A DNA stretch of 64,000 nt from Gekko japonicus (lineage: Eukaryota): positions 224,713-288,712 of the forward strand of contig NW_015160876.1 in NCBI RefSeq assembly GCF_001447785.1, read 5' to 3'. Positions 44,723 to 59,500 of the stretch are shown in pieces. The notes beneath the pieces are model-generated. The model was not told the DNA's origin, searched no databases, and saw only the letters and a list, made by a program, of their open reading frames with translations. Made by a program: the position numbers and the translations under genes. Position 1 is the stretch's first letter. Each line of letters begins with the position of its first letter.

Positions 44723-47549
44723 ATCACATCTCTACTGGGGACTCTGTAGTACCTATGCAAGGCTCACTTCGAAGTTTTACCTGGGAACAAGTGAAATTGG
44801 GTAGGAATGGCATTTGCATGAGTGTTGCCAGAGCAGAATTTGTAGTTTTCTGCTAGCACCTTCTCCAGTCACCTGTACTAGCTGTAAGGTATGTTAATTC
44901 TCCAAAGTGCAACATGACATCTTTCAGCCAAGTCTGAAGAAACACTTCATAGCGGCAACTTCTGTAGCTGATCTGAGGCAGCATCCCAGAATCTATTCCA
45001 GATGTCAGTGGTGAGTCTTGGAACCCAAACCTCCCGTGGACTCTTTCCAGGATGCTTTCCAGAGCAACAGATCTCTGGCACATCAGTTAAAAGTTCTTGC
45101 TTGGATAGGTCGCTGATACACCCCCAACTTCGCAAACCTGTGATTTGTGCACGCCCTCCAAACCAGAACCAACAACCATAGGTTGGAAGGCAAGCACAAA
45201 CCATAATTTCCAACTAATTTATATAAACCAGGAGTTTCTGGATGGAATTAGACTCTGCAAGGGGCAAGGAAAGCATGAGAACCTGAGGCAAAGATACAAT
45301 AGTGAAACTGAGCCATAGATCCTTGTACAGTAGAAGTGAAAGCAATGTACTGTTTATGCATTGAGTTGCTCCAGAGATGTAATCCAGGTGTAACAAAGTC
45401 CTCTGAAATAATGGAGTGTATGATCTTTTGGTGAAGCTATGGTAGTTGTTTAAATTCCCATTACGTAACGCCTTCTTTGAGGAATGTGTGTGTGTTACCC
45501 CTTCCAACCTTACCTCTTGATAAGAGGTACTTCTCCCAATTTTCCAAAATCCTATTTTCCAAAGAAATTCAGATTTTTTTTAGTCTGTTCTATGCATCAT
45601 AATGCATCTATGTGACCTGAAGGAGTCTGGAACTTTTATTTTTCATATAAACCTTTGTTGGAAGTTGGCTTTCTTCCTGATTTTGCCAGCCATGCTGCAC
45701 ACTCAGCTGGCAGTTGTGTCTCAGCTGCCAGCAATGTCTACAAGGTCTCTGTCTTCTTTACATTTCACACTTTGCCACACAGCAAGTTCTCTTGAGTGGG
45801 AAGTTCTTAAATTGCTGACACACATGGCTACGTGCTTATTATTCCAATACTGACAGGTGCACACATAAAAATTATAGTGTATGTGAAGGAGGAACTGAGA
45901 GCACAGTAATTGAATCGACAGCCTAACTTTAAAAAAAAGAAATCTTTTAAGAGGAAGCAGTATAGTCTTGATCTTGAGCCCTGCTGGCTGCCCAGTGATG
46001 CTGCAACTTGTCCTTTTACAATGTGTTGTCTAATTACTGTGTCTTCTGCCTACATACTTAGCTTAGCACCACATACATCCATGGGTGTATTTGCAACCTG
46101 TGAAAGACGACATGATGATGAATTGGGAATCAGAGTTTTCCTGCGTACTTGGGAGTGGCTAGTTGGCTGGTTTACTCAGGAATAGATGAAATAGAAACTT
46201 TAATTATCCACTGAGATTTCCCTTTTTTCTCTCTATAGTAGAGCTGCATTTTGCAAAGGATCAACATTTGGCAGCACTCAGAATGTGCATTCTGAAATAT
46301 CACACTTGGGTATGATTTAAAAAAAAAGCAAGAAACATTACAGTATCAATATATCTCATTCTGAACATGGCCAAATTCTGTGGATACTTAAACCCAGAGA
46401 TTGGGATCATGGACAGACAAGCCAGATCTTTCTACAAACCTGAAAAAAAGTCCAAGGGTTGGAGAAAAATCTGAGATCTTTAAAAAAGTTCAGGTGTTAA
46501 GACCCTCAAATGATAGAAGCAGCACCTAAAGCTTCAAGAAACAAATGCCCTCAGTTTCTGTTACTAGGTAGCCACAATGGTATTGCCAGCCTTCCTTGTC
46601 CTTTCAGTCAGAAGCCAGATACCCACCAATAATACTTGTCAAAGTGCTTCCCATACATCATCTAGAAAACCTTACAAACAGTCCTTTCTGAAGATGCATG
46701 TGCTGTTTCTATGGCACTTGGGGGTTATGAATGAGAAATCGATGCAAACTAGCCAAAATAATAACCCACAATGATACAGCTAATCTTCAGGTTTAAGAGA
46801 TTTTAACAGAGATTCAAATGTGGCTGCTGTTACAGTGAATTTGGAGATGGGTGGGTGGGATAAGGTTCTGTTAGTTCTTTTGCTTCAATAAGGTTTAATG
46901 CTTTTAAAAAATCAGCATAATAGTGCATTACTTTATGTTGTTATGGTTTGTAGTAAAACTACGTAACTGTGTTATTGCCTTCACTGTCGTTACCTGTCTT
47001 GGTATATCTGCACAATAATACATTATGTCAAGGTTTATTAGACTGATAGAGTAAGATGCAGAAAATCAATCGATTATATATTGAAGTATGCACACTACAA
47101 AGCAATGTTCCATTTGTGATTATGTTGGAATTTAAATTTTAATATTATAGCTCAGTTTTCTTTCATAATCCCACTGGAAAAAAATTAGAGCTGTACATGA
47201 GTGTTATTGTGCTTTTCTGCAGCTCCTGTTCTTCTGTAGGAGGCTTGTGCAAGACAGTGTTGCAGCTGATCATTATCCTATTCCTTACTGCGATGTTTGT
47301 TCCATATTATTTTGTTTTTCTTTTCTTTGCTGTCTACAACTTTGTGCACTTGGAATTCCCATATTTCATTCTCCTGGCATATTGCCTTTTGTTGCAGCAT
47401 GGGGAATGCGCTATAATTCAGGAAGCACAAAAATAAGCTGTTTCTGTAAAGCACCCTGTTTTTATTTAATTTTTATTGGCATTAAAGGCCTCTGACACTA
47501 TGGTATAGAATGCACAGATTTAACAAAAATGTAGACACTCAACCAAAAG

Positions 47550-50500
47550 CTAGTTTGGAATGTAGTACTGGACTACCTCTCCCGAGCCTGCCTGGAGCCG
47601 GCCGGGAGCTGCAGAGCAACGTGAGGGGCAGAGAGCGTGGTGGGCTGATCCATGGTTGCCGACAACACCACGACGGAAGGTAGCGCCGGGGAATTGGACG
47701 AGGGCTCCCGGTTGCTGGAGAACATCGAACATACAGGAACAGAGAGCTGTAGGACTGCTAGCTACTGGTCTGAAGGGGCCAGAATAGAGAGGATACACCA
47801 ACGTGCCGATGGTGGGGGGCCCTAGTGCAAACTACCATTCACCCCCAAGCCCCCTAGGACTGACTGGCCCAAGGAAGACTCAATGGACTCAAGGGCTCGC
47901 AGTTGCCTGAAGTTGTTTGCTACCACCACCCAGAGACAAACTATTAACAACAACTGTCTGCTTATTAACTTTTTTTTGTAGATTTAATTGATTGGGGAGG
48001 ATTATTGATGTTGTTGTTGTTGTTTGATCCCCCCCCAATTACTTTAGGGTCTAAACTGATGAACTAATTTTATAGGGAGATCCCAGGTTTTTCTTTGATT
48101 TAATTAATTGGGGGGGCTTTGATATTATTATTGATAGTTTCCAATTAACTGCAGGGTCTAATAAATGGTATTAACTGCCCAATGGATGTGACTGATTAAC
48201 TGGTTGGTCGCTGATTAATAGTTGATCGATAAGGGAGTAAGGCTGGATAGCTTTAAGTAAATATGCCACTGATTTACTAGCCTTTATTAAAAATTACTGG
48301 TTATTAAGGGATATAAAGGGGGAAAAGACAATAATAGGCTATTAGGCTAATTATATGGGCTGTAAGAGAAGCACTGAGAATAAACTGACTGGGCGTTAAT
48401 AATTCCAAAGCCGGGAACGTATGGCAGTGAATGAGTACAGGAAGTTTTAATTCTAACAATAATTGTGCATAGGGTTTACCAACCATCACCAACTTAGGTG
48501 GTCGGTCTGAGGTCCTAGTTGGCTCAGACTAGCGAAGACCACCAGGTGCAGTGATGACTGGGCAGGGGATTTCAGTGCTCCTGGGGAGGGGAAAGTATAG
48601 CGATGGGGACAGGCATGGAATGAAGGGAAGGGGGCAGAGAAATAGAAGCGCTTGGCCCCCTTCCAGCCTGCGCCCCATCCCGAGGGATGTTGGCAGCGGA
48701 ACTAGGATGATCAACCCCCTCCTGAGTTTGGCGTTGTATAATGCCAGGTCTATAAATAACAAGACCATGGTCCTTTGGGACTTCCTGCTAGAGCAGAAGG
48801 TAGACCTGCTGTGCATAACCAAGACCTGGGTGCGGGAAGCGAAGACGGTAGCTCTCTCCCAGCTCACCCCTCCCGGGTTCTCGGTCCTTCACCAAAGATG
48901 GACTAGGGGGCAGGAGGGAGTGGCTCTATTCATCCGGGAGGCTTACTCCTTCAGGGCGCTCCCGGTGCCAAAGATAAAGGGGATTGAGTGTGCTGGCCTT
49001 GTGAGGGAGGTCAGGGAGAGTGTGGCGATTTGGCTGGTGTACTGACCGCCTAACGCACTGGCCAATAGCCTACTGTCCCTGATGGAGGCTGTATCAGGCT
49101 GGGCATTGGAACACCCTAGACTGATAGTCTTGGGTGATTTCAACGTCCATGCTGATGATGTGGCCTCTATTTAGGCAACGGACCTGGTGTCATCCATGGC
49201 GGCACTAGGACTCTCCTAATATGTAATGACCCCCACTTACTGAGCTGGGCACACGATTTATTTGATTTTCGCAGCAGGTGTAACAGTGGACCAAGTTACT
49301 GCTTTGGCAGTCCCATGGTCAGACCACCATGCCCTGAGGGCCCACCTGAATGTTCCACCCCAACCCTGTTTAGGCAGTGAGCATATTTTAGCTCGCCCAT
49401 GGAGCCAGATGGACCCAGTGCGGCTCTGGATGACCCTATGGGATCCGATGCCCCCTGGCGGCTCATTGGATGAGCTTGTAGAAGACTGGCATAGCTGGCT
49501 TTCTGAAGCCATCAACGAGATTGCGCCCCGGCGCCCTCTGCACTCTCGCTATAGGCTTGTGCCCTGGTTGACCCAGGAGTTGCAGCTTATAAAGCAAGAG
49601 CTGAGATGGTTAGAGAGATGGAGGCGCCATGCTCGTGATGAAGCTACAAGAGCATCTTATAGGACATTTATGAGATCCTATGAGATGGCAGTCAAAGCTG
49701 TGAAGAGACAGTACTACGCGGCCACGATTGCATCTGTGAGCTCATGCCCAGCCCAACTGTTTAGAACAATTTGATCTATAACAGCTCTGCCACAGGGCAG
49801 ACCAAACGTTAAGGAATTGGGCATTGGCTGTGAGGCATTTGCGATCTATTTCGCAGATAAAGTCTTGTCACTCCACCGCAACCTCCCCACCACAGTTGAA
49901 ACAGTGAGTGAGCTCGAGGCTCCAAACGCATCTTCAATACCGTTTTTGGATCATTTCAGCCCACTCAGCCTGGAGGAAGTTGACAGATTGCTCTTGACCA
50001 TACGTCCAACCACATGCAGCCTTGACCCGTGCCCTTCCTGGCTCATTAAAGTGAGCCACGAGCGGTTTCAAGATGCCCTAAGGGAAATTGTCAACAAGTC
50101 CCTCTTAGAGGGGCTGTTCCTGGGGGCACTCAAGGAAACGATGGTCCGCCCTCTTCTAAAAAAACTATCTCTGGACCCTGCTGAATTGGCTAATTACTGG
50201 CTGGTCTCCAATTTGCCCTCTTTGGGCAAATTAATTGAGAGGGCGGTGGCGATACAGTTACAGGGCTTTGTGGATGACACTTCCATGTTAGATCCCTTCC
50301 GTTCTGGCTTTTGCCTGGGACGGGACAGAGCCGGCACTGGTCGCTCTGACTGACGACCTCCATATGCATCTGGATTGGGGCGGTTTGGCAGTACTGTTGC
50401 TGTTGGACATATCAGCTGCATTCAATTCGGTCGACCATCAGTTGCTGCTTCACCGCCTCGCCGACATGGGAATTCAGGGGCCTGCCTTGCAGTGGCTTGC

Positions 50501-50620
50501 TTTGTTTCTCCAAGGTCGGGGACAAAGGGTGGCACTAGGGGAGCAGCAGTCCAGGAGGCACCTGCTGGAGTGTGGAGTGCCTCAAGGGGCAGTGCTCCCC
50601 AATGTTATTCAACATCCAGT
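47550..50620 (+). mobile_element. Long L2-clade LINE (5' region, EN, RT), disrupted
   Basis: LYNARSINNK, DLLCITKTW, LGDFNVH, WSDHH, LDPCPSWL, LDISAAFNSVDH and CGVPQG; multiple stops and frameshifts. Confidence 0.88.
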
Positions 50621-50624
50621 TTTA

Positions 50625-51690
50625 GTGAATGCAGTGGAGGTGGCATCTGCAGAGTAGGTTAAGAGCTTGGGGGGCTCATGGACCCAGTCTTGCTTTTTGA
50701 AAAGCAAGTTGCTGTAGTAGCGGAGAGTGCCTTTTATCAACTGCATCATCTTCACCAACTCTTTACTTTCTCAGACTCAACCGTTCTAGTCATGCTAACC
50801 CATGTTTTTGTAACCTTGCTGTTGGATTACTGTAATGGGCTCTACATTAGGCTGACCTTAAAAACTATCTCGAAACTGCAGTTGGTTTGGTATTTGGCAA
50901 CCTGCTTATTATCAGAGGCTAGACAATGGAAACATCTATCAACCACCTTAAAACTGCAACATTGGCTGCCAGTTTAATGTGGGTCCAATTCAAAGTGATG
51001 TCTATGAGCTTTATTATATTCTGGGCTTGAGGCAGCTTTTCTCAAAAGTGATTTCTTTATTCAGCTCAGAACACAACAAGAAATGCACAGAACAATCCCA
51101 ATTTATATACAATCTGGACTAGCTAAACCACACCCCTAGAATACTAAGGTCCAATCATGAGTGAGTGCTTAAGACCAATAGGGTTCCCACCAAAAGTCAT
51201 AGTCTTTCTTGATTGGTCCGTTCCACAACAGCAGCCAATCATGTTGTTGATTTTAGGATACTGAGAGTCTATGGAGCTTGTGACTGAAGCTCAGGCTCAC
51301 TCTCCATTCAGGCTATCTACATAAGGTAATACATAACAAGCCTTAAAGCCCTTCATGGCCTAGGGCCTACATATCTAAAGGACTGTCTCCTCCCATGCAT
51401 CTCTGCACCAACTACAGTCCTCAGGATGCCACCTACTGACTGTTCCACTCCTGATGGGTTGCCCGCCTAGCATCAGTCAGAGCTTTTCATCATAGCTCCT
51501 TTTTACAGTAGCTCCTGCTTTGTCGAAGGAGGGCAAGCAGGTTCAGCAAGGCTACCTTATTTGCCAGAACTTTTATTGGGGTATAAACTGAAGGTATCTT
51601 TTTGAGAAGAGTCTATGGTATTGGGTTTTGTTTTATAGTTTTTAAATTGTGATGTTTTGAATTAGGATTCCTAAGCTGCACTGAACCACA
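50625..51690 (+). mobile_element. Older L2 3' fragment, interrupted by a solo LTR
   Basis: HVFVTLLLDYCNGLY..KLQLV..LQHWLPV; gtccaattcaaagtg..|..taaagcccttcatggcctagggcc. Confidence 0.7.
51012..51338 (-). mobile_element. Solo LTR (327 bp)
   Basis: Ends T(A)TTAT...ATAACA; 5-bp TSD AGCTT/AGCCT; on the minus strand CCAAT, TATATAAA and AATAAA occur in the expected order; removing it restores the L2 sequence. Confidence 0.7.
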
Positions 51691-51693
51691 AGG

Positions 51694-51986
51694 CAGGCTT
51701 CCCAAGTACTTACTGTGATTTGGCGGGGGACACAGATGTCCTAGCAGGATCATTCCTGCGGAGACAACAGACACGCCGCACCATGCCGTCACCAGGAAGT
51801 GACGCCAGGTGACGCTCTGGCAATGGGGCTGGAAACTCAATGGTACTATCGAGTTTTCAGTCCCACTGCCAGAGTGTCGCCCAGCGTCCCTTCCTGGCGA
51901 CGGCATGGTGCGTTACAGGGAGGAATGTTCCGGCTGGGGAGCATGTGCCGCCCCCCCCGGATCGCGGCAAGTACTTGGGAACCCTA
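51694..51986. mobile_element. Palindromic hAT-type MITE
   Basis: CAGGCTTCCCAAGTACTT...AAGTACTTGGGAACCCTA, with an internal inverted repeat centred at ~51845. Confidence 0.75.
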
Positions 51987-52327
51987 CAGCTTTGTCCAAT
52001 TGGGAGTAGGCTTGAAACCTGAGATGTCTTTAAAGAGGGAGGCCTAGGTTTGCTGACAATTTTGTGCCACTGGGTGAAAAATACAGCCACTCTGGAAACC
52101 CACCATTCCCCCCCCCATCAGAAACAATGAAGAGAAGGGTGGCCAGGGACGCCTTTTCCAGGGGGGCATGAAATTGGGCCCCATTGTCAAATCCTCTTAA
52201 AACTCGGGTGAACCTATAAGAGAGACTCTGAGGTTTTGGTGCCACGGGGTGAAAAACAGCTGCTCCAGAAAACATAGTCATGGGAATAATGGGAAGACAA
52301 CCTGTCCCAGTTGACTAGAAGATTGCT

Positions 52328-52442
52328 CAGGGGCATGAGATAAAGAATACAAATTTGCACCTTCTCACATGATGGGTGTTGGTACAGGGGCATGAGATAA
52401 AGAATACAAATGTGCACCTTCTCACATGATGGGTGTTGGTAC
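52328..52442. repeat. 57-bp tandem duplication
   Basis: CAGGGGCATGAGATAAAGAATACAAAT(T/G)TGCACCTTCTCACATGATGGGTGTTGGTA x2. Confidence 0.9.
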
Positions 52443-53894
52443 GGCTTGATGAACTTACTCATTATATCGCTTGGAGGAAAGTACATGTTTGTGTCCCCAC
52501 TGGAGAGAAAGGTAGGGGATAAATGAAGTAAATAAACTAACTGTTAAATTCCTTCTCTTCATTGTCACAAACCTTCCTGAATTAAGGGCCTAACAAGACA
52601 GATGCCATGAGATCTGTAATCAGATCTCAATGGTTTGTTTCTGTAGCAGCATCAATATGCATGGTATTTTACAGAGAAGATAGAAAGTCCCTGCTCTGAG
52701 GAGTTTACAGTCACAAATCTGAGACAAGGAGGACAGCAACGGGAGTGCAAAATCAAGGAAGAATGCATTATTTCCTTTCATGTGATCTTAGGCATTGCTT
52801 CAGCAGTGGAGAAGAACTGAGGGGTTGTGCCAAAGGCAAAAATGGAAACCAGGAATTTTGATTTGAGGGATTAAAAAAAAAGTGATTTCAAGTGATATCT
52901 CATTTTATGTTATTATTTTATTCATTGATAACCTGCCTTTCTCACTAAGATTTAAGGCAGATTATAAAATTTAAATAACAATTCAATCATACAGCCTATG
53001 CCTCTAATAAACAGTGCAGTATAACCTGGATTATAGAACTGGAAAAATTCAGATGACAACAATGAAGGTGGGGGGATGACAGTCTAGGCATGTCATGCCA
53101 TAATGCAGAAAGTAGGTTACAAGAGGTAGAAGACAGTGCAATAAAAAAAAGACTTAAAAGCAGCCCCTGGGAGAGAATGGTCCAATTCAGGTCAGGTCTG
53201 GGGAACAAAGAGTTTAATCCCCCCCCTTCCAGTTTCCTAGTACAAATTCCTCCCTGACTGCTGGCTGAGTTGCTATTTGTTTTGCTCAGTTAACATACAG
53301 GCACCGTATTTGTAGAAGTCTCTGGAAAGGGAAAGGTTTATATTAAGAAAATGGCATAGGGAGAAGGATTAACTCCCCCAGCCCCAGGGCCAACCCTGAT
53401 CTGAATTCCCTGGGACTCCTTTGGTTGCTTTGAAGCCTGAAAAAAGCCATTGGAGTTCTGCCATCATATCTAGTTGGCTCCAAGACACATCTGGAAAAAA
53501 GAATGGTTTGGCAACTAGTGCATGTCTAAACAATGTTATATATGAATCTACACATTAGGGGTGGGAAGAATTTCTCACTCAGCTCTTGCCCCTTGATCTC
53601 ATTTATGTTTTAGAGCTAGTCAAACAGGGCTGTTGAGTAGGATTATTGTTACATACATGAATTCCCTGAGAAGGACCTTACTGGAATCTGGCACTAGATT
53701 TTCCTACAGTAAATCTGCATTATAATTCTGTTACAACATTCCCATTCCTATGAACCCAAACGGGAAAACTCAGAATGGCAGTGCCATGGAGAGGGATTCT
53801 AGGAGGTTTTCTGGAATTGAAGGCTGCCTTTTCTGTAGAGTTCTATGCAAATACAAGCTCACACACTTTCATGGCATACTAGAATGATAGTTAT

Positions 53895-54020
53895 GGGAGG
53901 GTAGCCCCGTTGGTCTGCAGTAAAAGAGCCTTTGAGACCAACAAGATTTTTGGAGTATAAGTTTTTGAGAGTCAATGTCTCTTCATCAGACCTGATGAAA
54001 GGATGGTTGACTCTCAAAAA
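53895..54020. mobile_element. Penelope-like element terminal-repeat remnant (inverted pair)
   Basis: gtagccccgttggtctgcag..gagaccaacaagatttt..gagagtcaa..cttcatcaga / ctgatgaa..ttgactctc. Confidence 0.6.
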
Positions 54021-56334
54021 ATCCGAAAAATCTATGTATTCTAGAGTGAAGATCTGTATTATGGGACTACTGGAGGAATCCACCAAACTGAATTTGTATG
54101 CATCTCAGGCAGATGCATGAAGCTACAAGATTATGATAGTTAAACAGAAGTGCCTTGTTTTGAAAATGAAAAGTAGGGCCTTAGCATCATAGGTCAGTCT
54201 ATGGGCTGGTCTCATTGTTACTTCTTTCAGGCAACAGCTTCATAACTCACCATACATAATAGGAATAACAGCAGAAAGACTCATGGATCTAAAAGTCGAG
54301 GCTCTTTCATTAGAGACAGGATGTAGCCCAAACAGTCAAGGATTAGGATCAGAGAACATCCTGTGTGCTGAAATAAGGCTGGTTGCAAAATACTTTGTAC
54401 TGCAGACATTACAATTGCATGGAGAGGTATACACCACCCATCCTGGAGTAACTTTTAATTACTGGGCAAGTCTGAGTTGGAGCAATATATCAAATGATGT
54501 AACATGCCCTTAAACAAATGGCTGAATCAAGGCACCAGGTTCTCCCTTTGATTTGCAAGCTTTGCTGGAGCCATCCAGTTTCATTTAGAGAGACAGGAGG
54601 TGAATACACAGAGTCACAACAAAACTATGACTATGTGTCTGGGGGATTGAGTGTGGAATTTCAGAACTGTATAGAGCTAGATGGGTGGTTAACAACAGCT
54701 CATAAATGCAATTCTAATAAATAAAATGCATATATACACAGAATAAAATTTAAAAACAATAAAACAGCAATAATTAACTAATAAGATGGTGCTGAATATT
54801 CCATATCCCTCTCTAGAAGGGAGGAGATGGGGAGGCCAGCCTTGTTGATAAATCGTTGCTGTCCTCAACCATAGTAAAGAAAAAACTAGAGAACACAGTG
54901 TGTAATGTAAAATAAAAAATTAAAACTACTGTGTATAAATCAATTTGATATATAAATGCTATAATCAGTATTTAATAAATGTACATTAGTAAGAATGCTA
55001 TGTTTAGAAACCTTTAAGTTGATTACCTATCTATATATATATACAAACTCCAATGAAATGCTCCAATTCCACCACCATATGGAAGACAAAATCGTAAACA
55101 AAAACAAGTCTCTAGATTCCAAGAATCGCAGCTCCATTGATAAGAATCATATCAGCTGCAAGTCTCTAGATTCGAAGAATTGCAGCTTCATTAGCTGTAA
55201 TGGCTGCAAAAAACCAGGATGTGGCACCCAACAGGAGTTTGTAGCTTACATGTAAAGTTTAACTTCAAATCTCCATTAGTATAAATCTTGTATTAATCTA
55301 GAAAACTGAAAACATTCCACCAAACAAAAGCTTGCTGCTTGCATATAATATCTAGTTTTGACTGATGAGATTCCTAGGTAATTTCTTTCTCATTTCCGTT
55401 CTTTGTCAGAATATGCATGTACAAAAACTGTTGCTTCAAAAGGAAGCAATGTGAATGCACAAATTACAGGCATATAATGGTCAAGTAGTAAATCAACAGT
55501 TGGATTTTCTTGTTTCATATGAGTTTGGTGGATATGATTTAATACATAGGAATATGTTGTGTGTGTTTAACTGTGAATAAGATTGTGCCTCTTCATTGAC
55601 ATCTTATTGCTAACATTCCTGGGTGCAGTGAAAAGCTATGAGTAGGTTTCAGATGAACCAGAAATATTAGGGATATGATAGTACATTCCAATATCTCTTA
55701 CGGACAGAATTATGAACCCACAGTGATGGAGCAAGCCTGCTCACTGACATTAGAACTTAAGGACTGACCGAGGCTGGCCACCCGTGGAACCCCACAACAA
55801 AGAAACAATCCACAAAGCTGCAGGTCTTTCATTCTTGAAAGCTACAGGTCTTACCAGAGGTTGTCTGGTCGATGACTCAGCTGTCATTTCTCTGTTGTGT
55901 GTTGTTGTACTTCTTCCTCTTCCTCTGTTAAGCTTATGTTTTCTGTTTAGCTTAGCAGTAGATATAGTCTTATGTACAGTCTATCACTCTTTGCTCTCTG
56001 GTTTCAGGATCAGTATAGGTCTCCTAGTTATCCAGGTTTTTTGTTCTTCCAGTCAAATCAGCATAAAATTAAGGTCAAATTTCTCAGCAGCCTGGAGCTC
56101 ATTAGCAGTGCTCTGGCCACGGCACCATCTTGAAGTCATCCCCTTAAAGACCAAGCAAGTTTAGAGGTTTGTTCTGGAATAAAATACCCCCTCAAAGGTA
56201 TTTTAAGAGTGTTAGGATTACTGTATCAACATAGATCGAACATTTGAGATTGATAGTCCTGTTGGTCTGCAGCAGCAAAACAGAACAGAAATCCAATGGC
56301 ACCTTAGAGACCATTAGAATGTATTTTGCGACTC

Positions 56335-56527
56335 AGAGATAGGCCTGCCAACTCTGGGTTGGGGAATTTCTGGAGATTTGGAGATGGAGTGTGGGGAGGG
56401 TGAGATTTGGGAAGTAGAGGGATTTAAGCAGGGTATATGTATGTCCACCCACCAAAGCAACCATATTCTCCAGGTGATCTCTGTAGTCTGGAGAGCGGTT
56501 GTAATTACTGGAGTCTGGCAACCCTAG
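56335..56527. mobile_element. Blackjack-like hAT MITE
   Basis: TAGGCCTGCCAAC...gggaatttctggagatttgg...CTGGCAACCCTA. Confidence 0.65.
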
Positions 56528-59500
56528 GGAGGTCACTTGATCAGATGTATAAAGTGCATGTTCATTAAGCCAATGCATTTATATTTGCAACAGAAAAGCT
56601 GGGCGGGGGGAGATGTTCCAAAGAGACACTGGTTTAAAACAAGATCCAAGTGGGTGAAGGTCACCCTAAACTGTTGTTAGATATGCAAAGCAGACTTAAC
56701 GTAAAATCTAATGCAGCATGAAACAAACTAAGCAGATTGGGTGGGAAGTTACAGAGATATGGCTAAACCACCATCTGTAAGGGATGGAATATGTAAGATA
56801 TTATTAGCAGCACTTATAAAGAGGAATTCCAGGTCCTTGTTAAGACTGAGGGAAGAAGGAGTAAATAATCTTGACATTATTAATGAATTCTAATTCAGCA
56901 ATTTCATATTGGATTCCCTCTTTGAAGTTCTTTTGTAGGAGAACAGTGACTTTTAGAACAGCAACAGAGTACCCTGGATCATCAAAATGTTCCACCCATT
57001 AGGTTCTGAATATTGTGACCCTAACCCTTCTTTTTAAACATAGGATTGAACAGATCACTTTTTTTAAAATAGAGGGAATTGTGCCTTTGGCAAGTTTCTG
57101 GGCCTTTTTCATTGTTTGTGTGTAGAAACTGATGTTGATAGATGGCTGCAACTGAGGAATAATCACAGGTGGTCTGAAATGTGGAGGGAAGGAATCACCC
57201 TTCCTAAATGGTGGCCCTGTGCCAAAGTCCCCTGTAGACCAAGGCAGAAGAAAAACTAACCCATATGGAACAAAAGTATTATTAATTTGAAAAGCTGGTA
57301 GGACCTGGGGCATGTGTGATACGTCCGTCTTGCTGAAGTGCAGGTTTGGGCCTAGTCGGAGCCTGGATAGGAACCTTATCTAAGGTACTGGAGTTCCATG
57401 ATGGAAGAAAAAATGGATATAAATGTGAATGTCAGTAAAAGTAACTTGAGCCAGACCTGTCAGAGTTCTTGGGGAGAAAAGCATTATTTGTGTGATCAGC
57501 ATGGTAGCAATAGCCCATATTCATACTTGAGCCAGGTTTACTTCAACTTTCTGAGTTGTTTGGGAATTTACCTTCAACATGTTCTAATGAGGATAGCTGG
57601 TGTCTCAGACCATGTCTCTTTTTGTCAGAATAAAGTCTCAATAAACAGCTCAGCTGGAGAGAAGGTCTAACCTGGAAGAATTATGGCATGTTGTGCCATG
57701 TTTCCACAGTCAATTGCATAAAAATGTTTTCTTAGGGAAAATTAATGGCCACCATGTGAACATAGCTCAAAGGGGTATCAACTACCCATACCGTTGGTCC
57801 TGCCACCAACTTCGAACCTAGAAACTATCAGGCCTACTGAGCATCCCCACAGTTTATATGAATCAGTACTGACTAGAGGGCATAGACATAAATGAGAATT
57901 GGTTTCCTAGTTCTGACTAGTACAGAAGCGTCTTCTTTTAATATATTCATAGAAGGAAAACTTTATCATAACATATAATATTGAGAACTTAATATAGATC
58001 TGTGCAAATGCGTGCCAACAGAACAGAGCAAATGGCTGGAAGATGGTCACATGCTGGCAGCGTCAGAAGCACCAACTTTCCTGTGCAGTCTTGTCTAATG
58101 ATGGCAACAATTAAAAGTGGTAGGGAGAGAAGGTGGGTGGGTAGGGTTTACCAGCCACTGGCAGCCAAGTCATAAAACAGGTCTCTCCAGTGAAATGATA
58201 AAAGTGCTGAGTCAAAGTCAGACTCATTTGAACCAAGGTTTTATTTGCATTTCTGTAATTGAAAATTTAAACACAATAATTAATTGAACTTGGCAATCAG
58301 AGAGGACTGAGAAGAGCATGTGCACATGATTGTGGATGCAGCAAAGAGGACTTTTAATCTTCTGAAGGAACCTCCTGTATCAGTGATTCACAAATTCAAA
58401 GTACAACTGGTGAACATTCCAATTCTTTCTAAACTGCACCCCACAATAACTCTTGGCCTCCATTCTACCAAAATTGCAACAGTATGGCCTTGGAATAGCT
58501 ACCTGACCTCTGAGCAAAGACATTCACCAGAACCAAATCCCTTTGTTTTTTGTTTAAAAGGTAAAGAACAAACAGAGATTTAAATGGGATATGACCAAGA
58601 CCTGTTTGATCACGGGAAGTCATAACAATGTTTTCAGTAAGACAAAAAGTATACAGTAGCCTTTCTGTCAGTTCACTGATGCTTATGGCATCCAAAATTA
58701 CAAGATTTTACAAGAATCCACGTGGTGGTAGAGGTGGGGTTGCAGCACTTGTTCCTTGGTGCTACTGGCTTTGGAGCTTCTCTAGAGGAGTATCAGGGGC
58801 TCCCAAACTCCCAGGAGGGGAGTGCAGTGCAAGAAGCTTGATCCGAGCTCCCTCTTCATTGGCAGCTCACGGGTGGTAGTCCTGGATCGCCTCCAGCAAG
58901 AAGCACTCGAAGTCTACTCATGGCAGCCATGAGTATTCAGCTAATGCTTCCCATCCAGGGGTGGTGGAGGAAGCTTGCCTAATACTTATTAAAGAATATC
59001 ACTGTGAGTAACTTAACGCATAACACTACAGACTTTCCCTTCAACAACTTCGCCCTTTAAATTCTAAAGAGACACAATCTAGGATGGGGAATGGGAGGTT
59101 TCCCCTCCCCACCCTCCTTTCTCTCCGCAGCTAGCAACAGACAAGAAAAAACATTGCAAAACTGTTACCCCCAAGGGCTAAAGACTGTGGTGTCTCTTAA
59201 ATTATCTTTCACTCCTGAATAAATGGATTATAGTACTTTTGCCTTGAGAAACATTGCAATGCACTCTATTTTTCCCTTCATGGGAGGAGCTTGGAGTTTT
59301 GACCCTTTTCCTTATTAGAAATATATATTGTATTTGGGAACATAGAAATCTAGAAAAAAAATAACCTGTTTTAACACTGTGAGGATTCTCTGGTCTTGTG
59401 GTGTAAAATGGCAGGTACAAATAGACCTCCAACCAAAGTACCCTCTAGCTCACCAGGTATAAGTAAATCTGTGGCCTCCAGTCTATCACAGGCCACAATG

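Noticed and set aside
55790-56160. Possible minus-strand LINE 5' end (GACTTCAAGATGG); similar at ~58930
   Set aside because: Only a short YY1-like start motif; no protein homology I can support.
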